A DNA stretch of 64,000 nucleotides from an uncultured virus (IMG/VR IMGVR_UViG_3300008108_000264) (lineage: Duplodnaviria; Heunggongvirae; Uroviricota; Caudoviricetes), in IMG/VR virus record IMGVR_UViG_3300008108_000264; one strand, 5' to 3'. The notes beneath the pieces are model-generated. The model saw only the letters and a list, made by a program, of their open reading frames with translations, was not told the DNA's origin and searched no databases. Shown here in pieces: positions 60,845-64,000 of the stretch. How positions within the stretch are numbered: position 1 is the first letter of the stretch; each line of letters starts with the position of its first letter. The position numbers and the translations under genes were made by a program.

Positions 60845-61702
60845 TTAATTTTTTAAAATATAATTACCATTATAATCATCAGAAAATTGACAAATGTTCT
60901 GAGAGTTTAATATTAAATTATATTCATTATAATTGGTATCATCAGTAAACAGTAATTGTGAATTAAAACTATTAATATCTTTATTTACAAATAAGTTAAT
61001 AATATTAACCTTAGATTTTACATCTATATCAATATCAAAACCATGTATAAACATTATACTATTAGAACCAATACAATCAATAACTAAAGGTAATAAAGAA
61101 AAAATTACTTTTATATTATAAGAACTATTAAAAATACTTTTACCATTTATATAAATGTCATCACCAGTAGATCTTATATTGTCTTTATCTTGTATTAAAT
61201 TAAAACTTAATAATAAATCTGTAACAACATTTACATATTCTACATCTTGACTACATTTAGCTATGGATTCATCCATTAGTACATTTAACCAATTTTCTCT
61301 AGTTAAATCAATAACGATTAAACATTCAAAAAAAGTTCTGACTGGATCTGGTAAGAAAGGATTTAATTTAAAAGTATTATTCTGATAAATAATATTATTA
61401 TTCTCATATAATTCTTCTAAGAATACTCCCTTTTTTGATATTTCTAAATAATAGTAATAATTTACTTCTTTATATACAAAATCTATTGAAACTGTAGTAA
61501 TCTTATCATCTAATGTACTCTTAATGTAATCGTTTGAATTTGGACTTGACAACATTAAAAAGAACATAAAGAAATCAGAGAATACTACTAGATCATTATC
61601 ATATTTTTCACAAGTTATAAATAAAACATTAGTATTATCAAAAGTTAAATCTATCTTGTTAAAACCTGGATAATCTATTATTTTAATATTGCGAAAAAAC
61701 AT
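60845..61702 (-). CDS. Degenerate AAA_21/RloA-like ABC-ATPase-fold protein (no Walker A/B)
   Basis: The layout IKIIDYPGF..IDLTF / YYYYLEI....FLEELY / SS...KVIFSLL...IMFIHGFD..ID....IINLF...NSQLLFT parallels AAA_21 ATPases. Confidence 0.55.
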   Translation of the reverse strand: MFFRNIKIIDYPGFNKIDLTFDNTNVLFITCEKYDNDLVVFSDFFMFFLMLSSPNSNDYIKSTLDDKITTVSIDFVYKEVNYYYYLEISKKGVFLEELYENNNIIYQNNTFKLNPFLPDPVRTFFECLIVIDLTRENWLNVLMDESIAKCSQDVEYVNVVTDLLLSFNLIQDKDNIRSTGDDIYINGKSIFNSSYNIKVIFSLLPLVIDCIGSNSIMFIHGFDIDIDVKSKVNIINLFVNKDINSFNSQLLFTDDTNYNEYNLILNSQNICQFSDDYNGNYILKN

Positions 61703-61704
61703 AA

Positions 61705-62256
61705 CTATGATTTAAAAGCTTCTTCCATTACAGAACTAATAGAACTTTTTAGTTTCTTAGTCTGGTCTTCACTGAGAAGATTTGGGTTATCATTAATAGT
61801 TTTTGATATTTTATTTAAAAATATGCTGATAGGTAATGCATTAGAATTAACATCAATTTCTCCAATTGATAGTTTTAGATTACCATCAATCTTCAATCTT
61901 AAGTTTTTCCAAACATTTAACTTATCTTCTATAGATTTTAACTTTTCATTCATTTTCTTTATTTGAAAACTCATGAACTCATCCATTACACTATTTAACT
62001 TACCTTTAATAAAATCTAATTTCTCTTTAGCTTCTTCAGATGCAATATCTTCTAAAGGATCTTCGATTTTATAATTAGGAGTTTCACTTGTAATTGTTGC
62101 AATATCTTGCTTAACTTCATCATAAGTTAAAGTTAAATTCTTGATAATCTCATCAATTTCATTTAACTCTTCAGTAGTAAGTTCAATTTGATTTAATGGA
62201 ACAGGTTGTTCTTCTACTATTACAGGTTGGTTTTTTTTCTTAAACATATTAAACAT
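61705..62256 (-). CDS. Hypothetical coiled-coil protein (start uncertain)
   Basis: Track ORF from TTG 62292; an ATG start near 62256 or 62247 is more likely. Confidence 0.55.
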   Translation of the reverse strand: MFNMFKKKNQPVIVEEQPVPLNQIELTTEELNEIDEIIKNLTLTYDEVKQDIATITSETPNYKIEDPLEDIASEEAKEKLDFIKGKLNSVMDEFMSFQIKKMNEKLKSIEDKLNVWKNLRLKIDGNLKLSIGEIDVNSNALPISIFLNKISKTINDNPNLLSEDQTKKLKSSISSVMEEAFKS

Positions 62257-62312
62257 AAATTGAAATTTAAATTGGTTAAATAGAGGTAACAAAAATAGTA
62301 TACATCAAAATA

Positions 62313-63767
62313 TTAGTAATTTTCTTTAATGTATTCTACATTATCATAAACTGTTTTAACTTCTTCAGAATAGTCAAAAGCTGCAGTAATCATTTCTTTT
62401 ACAGATAGACCAAGACGCTCATTGTTAGTAAGCATTTTCTTAGGTTTAGCAAGCTCTTGATGTTTTCTTGATGTCTCTGCAGCAGATACAATCATTTCAG
62501 GTTCAACAAAAGTTGCTTGTCTGTTAAGACGATACTCCTTAGCTTTCTGAATGATGTCATTAGCAAATGCTGGAACAATACCAGACAAAGCTTCAGCAGC
62601 AGAAATATAATCAGAATCAGAGTTTAACAAAGATACACCATCTTTAGTCTTACAGAACTGATTAATAAATCTTAGTGCTGTTTTTTCATTCAAAGGATCC
62701 ATAATGATACAAGTATCAATACGACCCGCACGCATCATAGTAGCATTAATATTCTCTAAGTGATTAGTAGTGAATACTGTGATAATTGCTTTATCTTTAG
62801 TATCAATACCATCAAGAGTATTAAGAATAGCGTTTACAGAGTCTTTAGAACGATCTGTTACTACGCGGTCAATATCCTCTGCGAATACAACTGCAGGAGC
62901 ATAGATCTCAGCGAGACGGAGAGCCTCTTTAGTTTGAGAAGAATCCTCAATGTAAATAAATGTCCAACCATTATCATTTGCAATTTTTGCTGTAAGTTTA
63001 GCAAGTAAAGTTTTACCAGTACCGTATTGTCCAGCAAGAACGCAACCATGCTTTAATGAAATACCTTCACGAATACAAGCAGCGCTATCTCTCAAACGAA
63101 GGAATATACCAGAATACTCATTAAGATTTCTCTCACTAAGGATTACAGTTTCTTCATCTATTTGTGATACATTCATGAATTCAGGATCAACAGGATTACC
63201 ACCTTTGATAAGGAACTCAAGATTAACCTTGAAAGATTTAGCTTTGTAAATAGAATTCAATCTCAAAAATTCTTGAGTACGAAGACATACTAAGTTTACA
63301 AGCTTCTCATTCTTCTTCTTGATTTCACCACGAATGATAAAAGAAAGATCCTTAGCATTGTAAGAAGTCTCAAGATACTCATGCTCTTCAAATCCAGGGA
63401 ATTGAATACGACCCCAAGGTACGTTTTTAATTTGACCATTTTGTAATTTAATACCGATCATTTGAGGTGGTTTAACTCCAGATGGACCTTTCTCACCAAC
63501 AGTATCAGCATAGCCAAATACTTCAGTACACACCTCAAATAGTGCATTAGCACCATCAAAAGGAAAAGCTTTCATTTCATGAAATATAGAAATTATTCTT
63601 TCTTCTTCATTCTTTTTACGCTCTAACCATTTGATACCCTCTTCAATAGTCATACCCTCAGGTAATTGAATTTTACCTCCTTTGATTCTTTCAACTTCTA
63701 CACTTGAGAATTTATCCTCTTGTTCAATAGCTTTTGTAAGTTTTTCGAGTAAAGATTTCTTAGCCAT
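62313..63767 (-). CDS. AAA+ ATPase (classical clade, FtsH/CDC48-like ATPase domain)
   Basis: GQYGTGKT, VVFAEDID, LNTLDG, TTNH and RAGRID motifs. Confidence 0.88.
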   Translation of the reverse strand: MAKKSLLEKLTKAIEQEDKFSSVEVERIKGGKIQLPEGMTIEEGIKWLERKKNEEERIISIFHEMKAFPFDGANALFEVCTEVFGYADTVGEKGPSGVKPPQMIGIKLQNGQIKNVPWGRIQFPGFEEHEYLETSYNAKDLSFIIRGEIKKKNEKLVNLVCLRTQEFLRLNSIYKAKSFKVNLEFLIKGGNPVDPEFMNVSQIDEETVILSERNLNEYSGIFLRLRDSAACIREGISLKHGCVLAGQYGTGKTLLAKLTAKIANDNGWTFIYIEDSSQTKEALRLAEIYAPAVVFAEDIDRVVTDRSKDSVNAILNTLDGIDTKDKAIITVFTTNHLENINATMMRAGRIDTCIIMDPLNEKTALRFINQFCKTKDGVSLLNSDSDYISAAEALSGIVPAFANDIIQKAKEYRLNRQATFVEPEMIVSAAETSRKHQELAKPKKMLTNNERLGLSVKEMITAAFDYSEEVKTVYDNVEYIKENY

Positions 63768-63771
63768 AATT

Positions 63772-63999
63772 TTAATTTTGAAAATTGTTTTTAAATTGAT
63801 TTGAATATTCTATAGCAGTTTCATAAGTTTCGAAACCAGGTATAGTTAATTGATTATTATGAAGAAGAGTTTCACATTTTTTAACTGCATCTTCAAGTTG
63901 AGTTCTTGTACCTTCTAAACAAGCAATGTTAACTTTACTAGAGTCTAAGATACTATCTTTAATTTCTGATCTTTGATCTAAGAAACCAAAATAATTGAT
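63772..63999 (-). CDS. 3' end of a truncated hypothetical protein
   Basis: Open frame INYFGFLDQRSEIK...FKNNFQN* from the window edge (manual translation). Confidence 0.65.
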   Translation of the reverse strand: MNYFGFLDQRSEIKDSILDSSKVNIACLEGTRTQLEDAVKKCETLLHNNQLTIPGFETYETAIEYSNQFKNNFQN

Positions 64000-64000
64000 T

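Noticed and set aside
1118..63049. Short ORFs antisense or out-of-frame within long genes (e.g. 1118-1303, 3972-4154, 9042-9227, 14774-15007, 39976-40278, 62760-63008)
   Set aside because: Shadow ORFs of AT-rich coding sequence with no recognisable motifs or start context.
294..63767. Alternative genetic code (TAG=Gln or TGA=Trp), as in some crAss-like phages
   Set aside because: Giant ORFs are open in the standard code, and TAG/TGA end genes that abut the next start. Reading through the RNAP TGA hits further stops. Only the intron endonuclease TGA looks like a lost Trp, which a point mutation explains.
1..64000. CRISPR arrays, tRNA/rRNA genes, integrase, inteins, DGR
   Set aside because: Intergenic gaps are tiny. 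I saw no repeat-spacer pattern, cloverleaf, recombinase, reverse transcriptase or intein splice motifs by eye.

Overview
A very AT-rich 64 kb segment of a lytic crAss-like (Crassvirales-type) phage. The host is probably a Bacteroidota member (A-rich translation starts without Shine-Dalgarno sites, TAnnTTTG-type promoter elements). The + strand (1-17045) carries virion internal/ejection genes ending in a 3079-aa giant protein. It converges at a bidirectional terminator with a - strand block containing a 3981-aa polyvalent giant protein, a ~4500-aa virion RNA polymerase (DFDID motif, split into two frames) and a replication module. That module includes an HNH, dUTPase, 5'-3' exonuclease, PD-(D/E)XK nuclease, degenerate UDG, primase, SSB, Sak4-like ATPase, DnaB helicase, a family-B DNA polymerase interrupted by a group I intron with a GIY-YIG gene, a SplB-like radical SAM enzyme and an AAA+ ATPase. 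The most notable observations are: (1) the three giant proteins (~11,500 aa) contain only four cysteines, all terminal, in a pattern that would allow a head-to-tail linked ejection chain; (2) a repeated K-[FKL]-G-K-[LV]-T motif delimits effector cassettes in the 3981-aa protein; (3) a catalytically dead AAA_21/RloA-like ATPase is a candidate anti-defence decoy; (4) a GC-rich intragenic terminator-like hairpin is built from rare codons; (5) five frame breaks are present, at least one of which looks like missing sequence (probable assembly artefact). All domain calls come from motif recognition by eye, not database searches.
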